From positions 35,836,001 to 35,900,000 of the forward strand of contig CM097885.1 of assembly GCA_044892525.1 (NCBI GenBank): a DNA stretch of 64,000 nt, given 5' to 3'. Below are positions 25,301 to 35,329 of this stretch, in pieces; the stretch's first letter is position 1; every line of letters begins with the position of its first letter. The translations under genes and the position numbers were made by a program. Source of the stretch: Schmidtea polychroa. Lineage: Eukaryota. The notes under the pieces were generated by a model, which saw nothing but the letters and a program-made list of their open reading frames with translations, was not told where the DNA came from and did no database searches.

Positions 25301-25701
25301 TTGGTCAGAACAGGTGGGAATATTTCCAGAAAACTGTCCTTTTGACAAAACCCATTGAATAAAGACGGTTTTCAATAGATCTACATTTCACTTTATTCCA
25401 CGCAGACTTTATGGGTATCACTGCATCCAAAATATTTCACTGAAAGGGAGAATTTTCTTCAGCTGTGATCAAATGCTTTGTTGAGAGAATCTTTTGGATT
25501 GTAGAAAAAATCAATTGTTTTTAATTTTAATTATTCATAAATTTTAATTTTTTATTTATTTAGACAAAGAAAATAAATAACGACAAAATCAAATCCTTTC
25601 AGAAACTGACACCACTTCCAGGATCTCCATTTCACGATGATCCAATTAATCCAGCAAAGCCATTACCGCCATCATCTAGAAAATCATTTGACAATTCTTA
25701 G
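7245..25701 (+). CDS. FAM184A: FAM184A/B-like coiled-coil protein, 5'-partial. Exons: 7245-7483, 9867-10016, 10065-10168+(gap), 10655-10845, 13033-13230, 13281-13403, 13452-13688, 14171-14466, 15404-15647, 17023-17202, 20327-20511, 22954-23218, 23428-23541, 25564-25701
   Basis: GT-AG junctions are phase-consistent wherever both sides are sequenced. Heptad-rich K/E/Q/L protein. Hallmark C-terminus EEKRFLQLELVNRETNFNKIFNASPNVGILNP, plus LDMKWADTLRRETGRLR, DFNKAQHLFKE...RPSRDEDMEII and PLPGSPFHDDPINPAKPLPP, all matching recalled FAM184 segments. A versus B paralogy cannot be resolved. Confidence 0.85.
7737..7890. repeat. Perfect about 73-bp inverted repeat with a TA-rich loop of about 8 nt (fold-back MITE-like)
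   Basis: 7737-7809 is the exact reverse complement of 7818-7890. Confidence 0.9.
8226..8374 (-). pseudogene. HSP90: HSP90 5' fragment, internally deleted copy
   Basis: MPDIQEIEAFVFLAMISL / FNNLHTIARSSVGTFVGTLAIGADISII resembles HSP90 MP..ETFAFQAEI and [28 protein letters not shown]. Upstream flank is similar to that of the second copy. Confidence 0.7.
9022..9378 (-). pseudogene. HSP90: HSP90 N-terminal ATPase-domain fragment (about 119 codons), degenerate, followed by an inverted copy of its 3' end
   Basis: [57 protein letters not shown]...NTFTLYNTGVYM...FINNLSTIARSKADAFLGTLTAGANIS is colinear with the HSP90 signature [30 protein letters not shown]...GADIS. Key residues are altered (E to I and N to V in LRELISN). 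Confidence 0.85.
11322..12345. mobile_element. Non-autonomous TIR element with about 100-bp inverted ends and nested inserts
   Basis: ccaaggaaaactcatcgcaggacaattcatcaaaattaaatacaaattaaaa (about 11350-11400) is inverted at about 12270-12325. An additional inner inverted pair lies at about 11416-11460 / 11655-11700. Termini are approximate. Confidence 0.6.
11756..11860. mobile_element. Short TTAA-flanked inverted-repeat element (piggyBac-type MITE or DINE/Helentron-like piece)
   Basis: TTAA|CCTACTTTCCGTGATCGGA ... TCCGATCACGAAAAGTGGG|TTAA. Confidence 0.5.
13723..13895. mobile_element. MITE with about 50-bp terminal inverted repeats
   Basis: aattcaataattttcatattaatatttgtaagactatagatcaaaacaat is inverted at the right end with one mismatch. 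Confidence 0.7.
16316..16386. repeat. (TA)n microsatellite
   Basis: Direct reading. Confidence 0.98.
18225..18764. mobile_element. Mutator (MULE)-type MITE with about 215-bp TIRs and 9-bp TSD
   Basis: TSD GACAAGAGC at 18216-18224 and 18765-18773. GG...CC termini. Arms carry repeated CAAAATAGCCCC motifs and are near-perfect reverse complements. Confidence 0.9.
18894..19112. mobile_element. Tc1/pogo-type MITE with TA TSD
   Basis: TA|CCGTATATACTCGCGTATAAGTCG ... CGACTTATACGCGAGTATATACGG|TA. Confidence 0.9.
20600..21470 (-). pseudogene. Maverick/Polinton major capsid protein-like remnant (N-terminally truncated, multiple frameshifts)
   Basis: MYPLKTLFRFFQNYSRLIYLVTFELSITKTNDLKNCLFG resembles the recalled Maverick capsid segment IPLK.LFGF.EDY.K.I....HEL.L.R...D..ALF. 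Downstream pieces (RYESTKLPRDT, IRVYVCF, CVNLTR) match only weakly. Confidence 0.45.
21480..22340 (-). pseudogene. Conserved Maverick/Polinton accessory gene remnant
   Basis: KKYALTPELILCIEG...YLDLTEGLIGFSKLYRL*...GLEDNLFYFPDNPISLFEHFVKLLGATKAGHLNTYNQANAILARLMELK resembles the recurrent Maverick motif Y.PSDPNEL.ERL.LL.ASK.AGN...NEI..ILDEL.E. It has one stop and one frameshift. Confidence 0.6.
23986..24667. mobile_element. hAT-type MITE
   Basis: CAGTGGCGTAGCGA ... TCGCTACGCCACTG. The 8-bp flanks ATGATATA / ATGATAAT are a degraded TSD. Confidence 0.75.
25320..25500 (-). pseudogene. pogo/Tigger transposase C-terminal remnant
   Basis: NILDAVIPIKSAWNKVKCRSIENRLYSMGF resembles Tigger-family ILDA...I..AW..V....I.NCF.KAGF. 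Confidence 0.5.
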
Positions 25702-25966
25702 ATATTTGTGGCATCCGATAATCATTTGTGAAAATTTTTATAAATATAATTTTTTAAAAGCAAATTTTAAATCCAGCTCAACGTTTTTCTAAAATCAAAA
25801 ATAGAAATTAATATTTTATATTTTATAATATTTTTATTATAATATTTTAATTTTCCAATAATATATTTAAAAAGGTGAAAACACAAAATGATAGTAATAA
25901 TGATATACCCAGTGCAATAGTAGGCTAGTTTAGAGCTTTTGGCTCTCATCAATACTATGCATAGTA

Positions 25967-26027
<61 letters not shown>

Positions 26028-27040
26028 TTAAACAAGTAAATGAGGAATTTGGGACTTAACATATCTATATATTTTTGTTCAAGTATACTTATTACATCCT
26101 CAGCCGCTTTTCTCAGTAACTTGTAATTTGATTGTATAAATATGCTCTTTAAAAAAGATATTTTGTACGTTTAACACCAGTATGAACTAGCTCGTGTATT
26201 TTATTGAATTTTGCTTTTCTCACAGTTGGTGAAACAACTAACTTATTTTTATTTATTAGAACTGTTTCGTAAATGTGATTCAATTCATCTTTTTGTAACT
26301 TAATTATTTATTATACTGGCCATGGAAAACGGTTTCCTACATTAACACGTTAGTTGCCATCAGACATGCATTTCGTGTCTCAGATTTTCTCACTTACCCC
26401 TTTATATTTAGCCACGTGGACTGATAAATTACATTGGTCTATCCTTTTGTTCTAAAACTGCTTCAAGCATATCTCCAGATGTGTCGGTTCACAGTTAGGT
26501 TTCATTACCCTTTGAGAATTCAGCAAGTTTTCTGACTGAAATCACTATTTTCTTCGTGTTAATAAATGATGTTTCTTTATGTAAGTGAATCTATATATAA
26601 TATTAATTGACTTATTGCAGAAATCATTGTTATTAGCTTTATTTAAATCTAACTGATATTTTATTTATATAAATTTAAAAATTGTTTTTTAGGGAAAATG
26701 AGAAAAAAATTAGTGAAAATAAATTATCCTTTTTTTTCCAATTCTCCGGGGTTTTATGAATGACTCCAGGTGATTGTAAAATTTAGGTGGTCACCCTAAT
26801 AGTTTTGCTATTTTTGAGCTTCACACATTCTAAATTTTTCTTTTTCATTGAATACAACTAGTAGAGAAGGTGTACAGGATTTTGATAGTCTGCACCTCCC
26901 AGCTTTGATCTCATCATCAAACCATAACTTTGCTGCTCTAAGATTTTCTCCAAAAGTAGTAGGATGTGTCACCACTGGCACATGTCACCTCTGGCACACA
27001 CCCCCCCGGGGGGGGGGGGGGTAAAAAGAAATTTTTTTTC

Positions 27041-27547
27041 AAGGTCAAATTTTAAACAAAGACATATGACTCATCAAGGTCATTGAAACAAAGGCCATGA
27101 CTCATCCTATGACTCATCAAGGTCATTGAAACAAAGACCATGACTCATCAAGGTCACTGGATGACTCATCAAGGTCATTGAAACAAAGACCATGACTCAT
27201 CCGATGACTCATCAAAATTCTTAAGGTCATTTAAACAAAGACCATGACTCATCCTATGACTCATCAAGGTCATTTTCAAGGTCATATGACTCATACTATG
27301 ACTCTTCAAGGTCATTTTCAAGGTCATATGACTCATAGTATGACTCATCAAAATTCTCAAGGTCATTTAAACAGAGACCATGACTCACCCTATGACTCAT
27401 CAAGGTCATTTTCAAGGTCATATGACTCATAGTATGACTCATCAAAATTCTCAAGGTCATTTAAACAAAGACCATGACTCACCCCATGACTCATCAAGGT
27501 CATTTTCAAGGTCATATGAGTCATCGCGATGAGTCATCAAGGTCATA
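27041..27547. repeat. Irregular tandem array of ATGACTCA(T) and TCAAGGTCA motifs (candidate enhancer or terminal repeat of the PolB element)
   Basis: Manual count: about 20 TGA(C/G)TCA heptamers and about 17 AAGGTCA motifs, linked by TTGAAACAAAGACC, TTTT or AAATTCT spacers. It is preceded by a C7-G14 run at about 27001-27021. Confidence 0.9.
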
Positions 27548-27953
27548 TTATTATTTTTAAAAAATATTATTATTTTTATTATTATTTTTAAAAAATATTA
27601 TTATTTTATTTTTAAATTTTTCAAAGTTCCCGCCAACGAAAAATAATAATCGATAGCTCATTTTAAAGCTCAATCCAAGACCTTTCCANNNNNNNNNNNN
27701 NNNNNNNNNNNNNNNNNNNNNNNNNNNNNNNNNNNNNNNNNNNNNNNNNNNNNNNNNNNNNNNNNNNNNNNNNNNNNNNNNNNNNNNNNNNNNNNNNNNN
27801 NNNNNNNNNNNNNNNNNNNNNNNNNNNNNNNNNNNNNNNNNNNNNNNNNNAAAATATCATTATTATTATTACTTTTATTATTATGAAACATATATATATA
27901 TATATATAAATAGGTCTAATAACTTCACTTACAACATTCACAAATATTCATCG

Positions 27954-28522
27954 ATGTCTTCAAACGATCCACAGGTTTGATGTTATAATTATTTAGTAAT
28001 TTAATTATTTTAAATAAGGTACAAGGATTGTCTATTGATTGGGGTCATTCCTTTTTAATAATAGATAAACTTCTAACAATAAATGATGAAGATTATATAT
28101 TCCTGGCCAAAATAAATAAATCTTTCAAACATCAAGTAATTCAAAATCTATTTGATAAGTTTGGCTTCAATATATCGATGTTGAAATTAACCAGCTGTAT
28201 AATATCTATAAATAATATTAACCATACAGAAATTAACATGCTTAAGGTTTTTTGGATATGTATGGATTTCAGGTTCGGAAAATATCGCGAGCTTATTGAA
28301 ATCTTCCTTCTTAATGCATATAAACTTGGTATTAAAATACATAATTTACTGAATGAAGTCAGAAAACAGTTTATTACATGTTGTATATGTCGAATTCGAG
28401 AAGTTTCTATTCTATATCTGCCTTGTGGTCATATCATTATTTGTTCCTTATGTTTGAAAAACTGTAGTAGATGTCAGAGTTGTGGTGTCATAATCGATGA
28501 ATCTCATTCAGTGTATTTTTGA
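27954..28522 (+). CDS. Spliced RING-finger protein (C-terminal C3HC4, IAP/neuralized type, no BIR domain), 174 aa; exons 27954-27974 and 28019-28522
   Basis: ATG TCT TCA AAC GAT CCA CAG|gtttga...aaataag|GTA CAA GGA TTG gives a 44-nt in-frame intron. TATA-like TATATAAATA about 45 bp upstream. C-terminus CCICRIREVSILYLPCGHIIICSLCLKNCSRCQSCGVII. Confidence 0.8.
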
Positions 28523-28870
28523 AATAANNNNNNNNNNNNNNNNNNNNNNNNNNNNNNNNNNNNNNNNNNNNNNNNNNNNNNNNNNNNNNNNNNNNNNNNN
28601 NNNNNNNNNNNNNNNNNNNNNNNNNNNNNNNNNNNNNNNNNNNNNNNNNNNNNNNNNNNNNNNNNNNNNNNNNNNNNTCACAAATGACTAAAAACATAGT
28701 GGATTATTATAAAATTTATAACACAAAAATTATACCATAAAAAGTTGACAAACAAAAATAACTAAATATTTACAAATTTTTTATTCGCCATCATATTTAC
28801 AAATTTTTATTCAACATCGTATTTACACAAATATAATCACAATGTTAAATAATTGGCCCAAAATAAAACT

Positions 28871-31800
28871 TTAAATTATTGAATTGAATATTTGATCGAA
28901 TTGTTGATCTCGAATGACAGGATCCGTTTCAGGCATGACGATATTACCACTACCATCTAAGACATCAACCCCTCTATAATGTCCATATGCAAAACTTGAG
29001 TTTTTCCCTACCCAAGCTCTCTTATCGTCGTGATTATTTAAAGCTATTTTTGAGTTTTTAAAAGTAAATAGCTGATGATTCCGGGTTCCTATTCTAGTTT
29101 GAGGAACCGACATGACTGTGTTGTTGTTATAGCAGTCTAAATAAGATTGATGTTTGATGTCGGTCCCCGGTAATTTTACGCCCTTAGCCCTCATTGTTGA
29201 CTTATTTCCTAATAGGCTGTAACATTTAGGACGTAAGAAAACCCATTCACTATATCCTACCCCTTTACTCTCATCCTTAAACTTGCCTATAACTGAGTCA
29301 AGTCGCCTGGAATATAAAGGATGAGAGGGATCGTAATTTGAAGTATCTAAAAGGTCATCCGAAATCATCGCTTGTAATAAGATATCTCATTTTAAATTTT
29401 TAACCTCTAAAAAGAAAGAGTCGGTATCACCCGCTACTAAATTAATTTCACAATTATAAATATCCCGATATCGTTGTAGCTCTATATACTGTAACTGATA
29501 CATCCGTAGTTTGGATAGATCCAGTACTGATTGTCCGATGTAGCTGGGTCTATCCAAACATATAGAGTCCTTATTGAGATGCGCGGCAAACAGATCATCA
29601 GCTATTTCAATTGTTTTTCTGAATGCCGGTTTTGACGAATATGTAATTAATTTTTCAGATGAATTACATAGTCGCAAATTCATCCTCTTTTTAAGGTTCT
29701 CTACGGATTTACCGTACAGACTATTATTATATAATTTAAATAAATCTCTATATATTTCACTAACTGCATTAGCACGCAAGTTAGTGTTTTTATCGATATA
29801 ATGTTTAAAGATATAATTTTGTTTATATTTTATAGCTCTGTGTATATTTACAACCTTAGCCCCAAGTGAAAGATAAAGCCTGAGAAGCCTCCAATGAAGA
29901 ACATAGTTCTTCTTTGGATAATGCGTGAGCATTAGCTTCTCAACTTTTGAGTTAGGTGGGCACATCTTTTCCGGTCCAATCGGAAAGTCATTTAAAAAAT
30001 CATGGAAATCAATCGGAATCTCGATATCAACTTCCATAGTATATCCATATGGAAGTGTTTCGATATCCGCAACATTCACACACTCATCCAAAACTTCATT
30101 CAAGCCATCATACACCCAAGTAAAATCACCATAGGGAAGACTTTGGCTAAGAGCCCAACCATACAGATTATTTATATCAATATACAATAATTCTGTATCA
30201 TCTGAAGCAGCCGTGTAATGTTTGTTAACAAATGTTAACCCACCCCGTATTCCTCCCTCGTAAAAATTGAACATTTCCATGTCCTGTAAAAGTTCTATGG
30301 GTTCCGTTAATGTCATAAGCGCTGAGGCCCATGACATACCGGGAATTCCATAGAAATTTAAAGGTTCCAATCCATTGTATGCAATGGCATTGGCCCGGAA
30401 TTGTTGAAAGTAATCAGCGAGTAGGAATACATCGAGTTTGAGGTAGGTTAACATATAGTCACGCAAATTTATACAGTTTTGCTGCGTCCAGATTAGTTGT
30501 GCCTTAGCGTACTCATCTTCGCTAACACCAGACCAAATAGGAGGTAGTTCATATGTAGTCTCAAGAACATCAAACGAGGTAGCAAAATCATACGGAAAAA
30601 TACCTTTACAGTCAACTATAGTACCTTGAAAGACAGACGAAGTTAAAGGAAGAGAAGTTAGTGTTTTCACAGCCTTAGCTAAAGAGCAATTAACAAATTG
30701 CATAGAATCTATAAATCTCACAGCCAATTTATTAATATGTACAATTAACGAAATAAATTTTTCGGTTGAGGTAGGAATTATGTTCAAGTCCCAAGATGGA
30801 AAGCCATTGAGACCGTGTTTTAAAATATGGTGGAGGTCATAACCTCGTAAATTATGAAAGACAACAGGTAGTAGACGATAAATTCGACGAGCAACATTAC
30901 ATTTTCGGCAAGATGCCCCTAGATATTTACCAGAGAAATGACAGTGGTCTCTTACCGGATTTACTATAGGTTTTTTACATAAGTAGCAATTTCTACAAGA
31001 TTTAAACTGACGTTCCTCAATGAAAGACATAGGTCCTATCAACTTATTACCTTCCATATCATAATACGGTATCACAACAGTAGTAGCAATTTCCTCAACT
31101 TTTTTAAGAAAATCAGTAATACAGTCAAGGCCATAAAATTCAAAATATTGTTTAGTATTTTTATAATTATTTATTAATAAAAGGCCTGCTGAACTAGGCA
31201 TATGAATTTGATGATGACGAACATCAGGGGGTAAAACCGACTCAAAATCGGCATAAATTACAAAAGGTGGTGTTATTGTTTTTGAAAAATTTTGAAATTC
31301 GAGATTTTTATTTGAGGGTAAAGTGTAAAGGGTTGTACCTGTCTGATTTTTGGCACATAATGCGACATGAATATTAAACGCGTTATCTAATCGGAACCCG
31401 TTAAGACAGTGTGGACACCATTGACATCTTATTTGAACGTTACAGTCCGGGTTCCGATGGCAGTTCATTAGTCTATTGATATTGGTCACAGCAGTATAAT
31501 GATATCGATCCTTATTTTCTAATAATAACAAATAAATTGGGTTTCCGTCAGTGACCTTAGATCGATGGATAAGACTTAAATGAGGATGGTGAAAGACATA
31601 ATTATCAGGGGTTTCATCGTCATCAATTATTATAGTTGGAGTGTATGAAAGCACATTAATGGCTAATTTTAAATTTATGTTTTTCTTTTCAAATTTAGGA
31701 ATGTTGATTAATTTCATGGGACAATCCGTGACTTCGTCATATTTTAATTCACTCAAAAATTCAGTATATTTAGATACTCTTTGAGGATTTTCACCTATTT

Positions 31801-32869
31801 GATCTTTCTTTAATAAGTAAAGAATGGAATACAGAAAGCATTTATCGTCGCTATTTTTGATGTTAAGTATAGCTTTCTTATTTCTCAATTCAGAAGGGGT
31901 TTTAATATATTGATGTCCTGCCAAGCGACTAATTGGTTCATATTTAGTGATAATAAAATGTATCTCAAGAATGTTGATAACGCGCCATCCACTGCCTAAA
32001 TAAGTAAATTGTTCTATTTTTTCATTAAGTTTATAAACCCCTTCGTTTAAAAAGTCATCAGAAAATGTCGTTGCATTATTAGAAAAGTAATTGTCACGGA
32101 TTTCACTATCTTTTTCAAATCGAATTAATATCGCAAATTGAATTTTGACGCTCCCCATTTTAGTAATTTCTTTTATTAATTTCGTTTTGATTTTATCAGT
32201 TAAAATTATTTTAATTAATTGCGCATCTGATACATCAAAACGTAAAGTCTTGATAGCGCCATTTAAATTTATTGTGATTAAGGGTTCATTCTCTAAGGAA
32301 GAACCTCCAAATTGAATCAACTCATTATTTATAATATCTACATTATTTATAATAGGTATAATTTCATTATCTACAATATTTTCATTATTTATAATTTCAT
32401 TATTTATAATAGGTATAATAGGTATAATAGGTACAATTTCATTATTTATAATAGGTATAATTTCGTTATTTACAATAGGTATAATTTCATTATTTATAAT
32501 AGGTATGATTTCATTATTTACAATATTTATAGAGTCATCATCATCACTGATTTCGATGACTTCCTTTTTAATAATTTTATTAGGTATATTATTTTCTATA
32601 TTTTCAGCAGGTCTTTTATTTTTTGATGTTTTATTTTGTATAATATTTAAAATATCACAGTTATTTTTATTAATTTCCCTAAATAGGTCTTTTTTATTTA
32701 CTTTAAAAGAATTTAAATGATTTGAATGTTGTTTAAAAAATTCTTTATATCTAACGCTCTGGGAAGTTTTGCATATGGGGCATATAAAAAATTTGATGCC
32801 ATTAAATTTATGCATGTAATATTTTTTCATGTTTTTATAGCATGAAATACCATGACCGATTGACGACAT
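28871..32869 (-). CDS. polB: Protein-primed family B DNA polymerase of Maverick/Polinton type (1332 codons, interrupted by one in-frame TGA at 29389-29387)
   Basis: Exonuclease motifs YADFES, FHNLRGYD and YLKLD. Polymerase motifs YIDINNLYG, KLYNNSLYGK, GDTDS and (after the TGA) DTSNY...GKFKDE...LRPKCYS. Also a GSGW / INIKNSDDKCFLYSI N-terminal region, zinc fingers and an endonuclease-VII-like CYLC...RDHCHFSGKYLGASCRKCN insert. The 1160-aa and 165-aa ORFs are in the same frame, 6 codons apart. Confidence 0.92.
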
Positions 32870-33149
32870 GCAATATCTTGGGAAAAAAGAACCTGATAAA
32901 AAAAAATTATATAAATTAATTTTTAAAAATTAATTCATTAACATATAAATAATAATAAAAAATCAAATATCGCAATGTCGATATTTTGATGTTATTATCA
33001 TTCATTATTATACAAGTCTTTGTAATGAAAACTTGTATAATAATAAATGTTAATACTTAACTATTTAAGGTCATGTCTTTGTTATAACTTGCACATGTAT
33101 TGGATGAGCACTGTATTTTCAGCATAATATTTTCTTCATTTTCCTCATT

Positions 33150-33150
33150 T

Positions 33151-33232
<82 letters not shown>

Positions 33233-33342
33233 AAAGAGAAGTAGCTACATGCTCACTGTAGACTACTATGTAGCTGCATGCTTACTGCAAACTACTGTAG
33301 ATGGGGTCTGATTATTATTTATATATTATTATGATTATTATG

Positions 33343-33398
<56 letters not shown>

Positions 33399-33460
33399 AA
33401 AGAGAAGTAGCTGCATGCTCACTGCAGACTACTATGTAGCTGCATGCTTACTGCAAACTA

Positions 33461-33497
<37 letters not shown>

Positions 33498-33500
33498 TTC
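33150..33500. repeat. (ATT)n tracts interleaved with two copies of an about 67-bp unit
   Basis: ataaaagagaagtagct(a/g)catgctcactg(t/c)agactactatgtagctgcatgcttactgcaaactac at about 33229 and about 33395. Confidence 0.9.
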
Positions 33501-33512
33501 ATCATTGAAAAT

Positions 33513-34160
33513 TACTACGAAATAATCAATATATTAAGCCTAGTATTTTGCCGATATACTAACAATTATATTTAAGACAATCAACCAATCACAATGAAAT
33601 CGCGTGATTAAGTGTAATTGTGCAAGTGATTTATGCAACACAAATAACAGCTCAACATTATTATGCAATGTTGAATCCGTTATGCAATATTTCTTATAAT
33701 AACAATGGCACGATCAATTTAATCACTAACCTGTCCATACTCGCTTTTCTTAACTCCATTTCCATTTATTAAAATGGCATTTTTACTAGGAATTTCTTCT
33801 TCTTCACTTGACTCGCTTATTAGAGTTAAATTATTTTTGTGTTTAGAATCTTTTTTCCTCAAACATGGATATGATCGAGAAAATCTGAATATAATTGAAA
33901 ATGATTGACATAATCTCAGGAATTGTTGCAAACAATATTAAAAATTTCGAAAAAATAAATCAAATCACATTGAATATAACATTTGTTAAACACAGACAAA
34001 AATCAGTCCCGCAAACCCGCTTTTATGTAAATAATATTATAACATGAAATAATAAAGATGTGTAATTTTATTAATGTTATATTTTGTTACAAGGGAATTT
34101 TGTCAGCTTCTAATCACGAAATTCAGGGAATTCGTATCAATTGAAGATTATAAAATTGTT
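33513..34160 (-). repeat. Copy A of a 648-bp inverted duplication (partner 45770-46417); contains an exon-like segment at 33884-33731
   Basis: Reverse complement of 45770-46417. Identical wherever compared, except three substitutions near 34108-34146. The identical 70-aa ORF appears in both copies. Confidence 0.95.
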
Positions 34161-35329
34161 TCTTAGTATTCAGTATTACGGATCCAAAATCTTTCGTTGG
34201 TGGAGTTGAAAAATCTCATTCAGCGCCATAATCTGTCTGAAACAGAAGCAAATTCTCCCAAAGAAATGGTCATCAAATGTCCAGCTCCAGCTATTCCTTC
34301 ATCTTTTCTTTTTCCTCTTCTTTCAATGTTCTTTAGGGGTCCACCAACATTCATTGGCCCTAATGCGATAGTCACCCCTTCACCAGTTCCGACAAAGACA
34401 TTAAAAAAACCCCACCTGTACCAAGCACAGAGAAATCGACAACGATGACTGCAAAAAGAGACGATAGCAGAACAGCAACAGGCTGCAATTCCAGAGATCG
34501 AACCAGAATTCGATCTCGCGACATCTTCTTTTCCGTAGATATAGACAATGAAGTCATTTTCAACTTGGACTATCTCCTGGAAGGCACTCAAGTCAAGTAT
34601 ACTTGACATTGAAAACACCTTACATCGTGAACCTTTATATTGTTTTATATCTTTTTGTTGTTTTGTCTGTAATTAATACAACTTATGATTCTTTATTCCA
34701 AGATTTGATTTTAGTCATTTAAATTCTGATTTTAAATGAAGTTAATTCACGTATAATTTTGATATTGATTTGTTCATTGTGTCCTCTCGGAAGTCCACTC
34801 TTAATAGACGTAAGACATTCTATCGGCCATCTAGAATCTCCGATGGGTGTCAAGTAGAAGTAGTTTTGGTAACAAGGTTCACCTGTCTGCTCACATCCAG
34901 CCAATGTATAGAGTATTAACATCGTCTGTCGCCATGTATATACAAAGGGTTAGTTTCAATAGTTATGTGGTCGATTACCTTTGCTTTCTTCCTAGATGTT
35001 GACATGATATTGTCTTCAGTACGACGCAACACGGTAATTAAATTAAAATAAGACACTCTCTAATTTAAAATAATTCTATTAAATGACCAATTAACACTAT
35101 TAAATACAAGGTTGTAATAAAATATGAAAAACCTAATAAAATAATACTTCAGAATAATCCAAAAAGTCAATTACATTTAAAAGTTTAGTTTTATTTTGAA
35201 AATAAAAATTACATTGTATATGTAATGTATATAACATTTGTAATCTTGGTAAATAATGTGATGTAGTAATTTTAAATGAATTCGAACTTAATGTAATTTT
35301 TGAAATTGGTGCTTTTTAATATATATGCT

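Noticed and set aside
26740-26800. GGTGGTCACCCTA, a hAT-like right terminus
   Set aside because: No matching left end or TSD was found, so no element could be delimited.
27041-27547. CRISPR-like array or His/Thr-rich ORFs
   Set aside because: No unique spacers or constant repeat length, eukaryotic context, and the ORFs are by-products of the repeat.
34197-34618. GC-richer segment with overlapping 83-aa and 132-aa ORFs
   Set aside because: All six frames were checked with no recognisable domain or consistent splice structure. A faint Gypsy-RT resemblance was not convincing.
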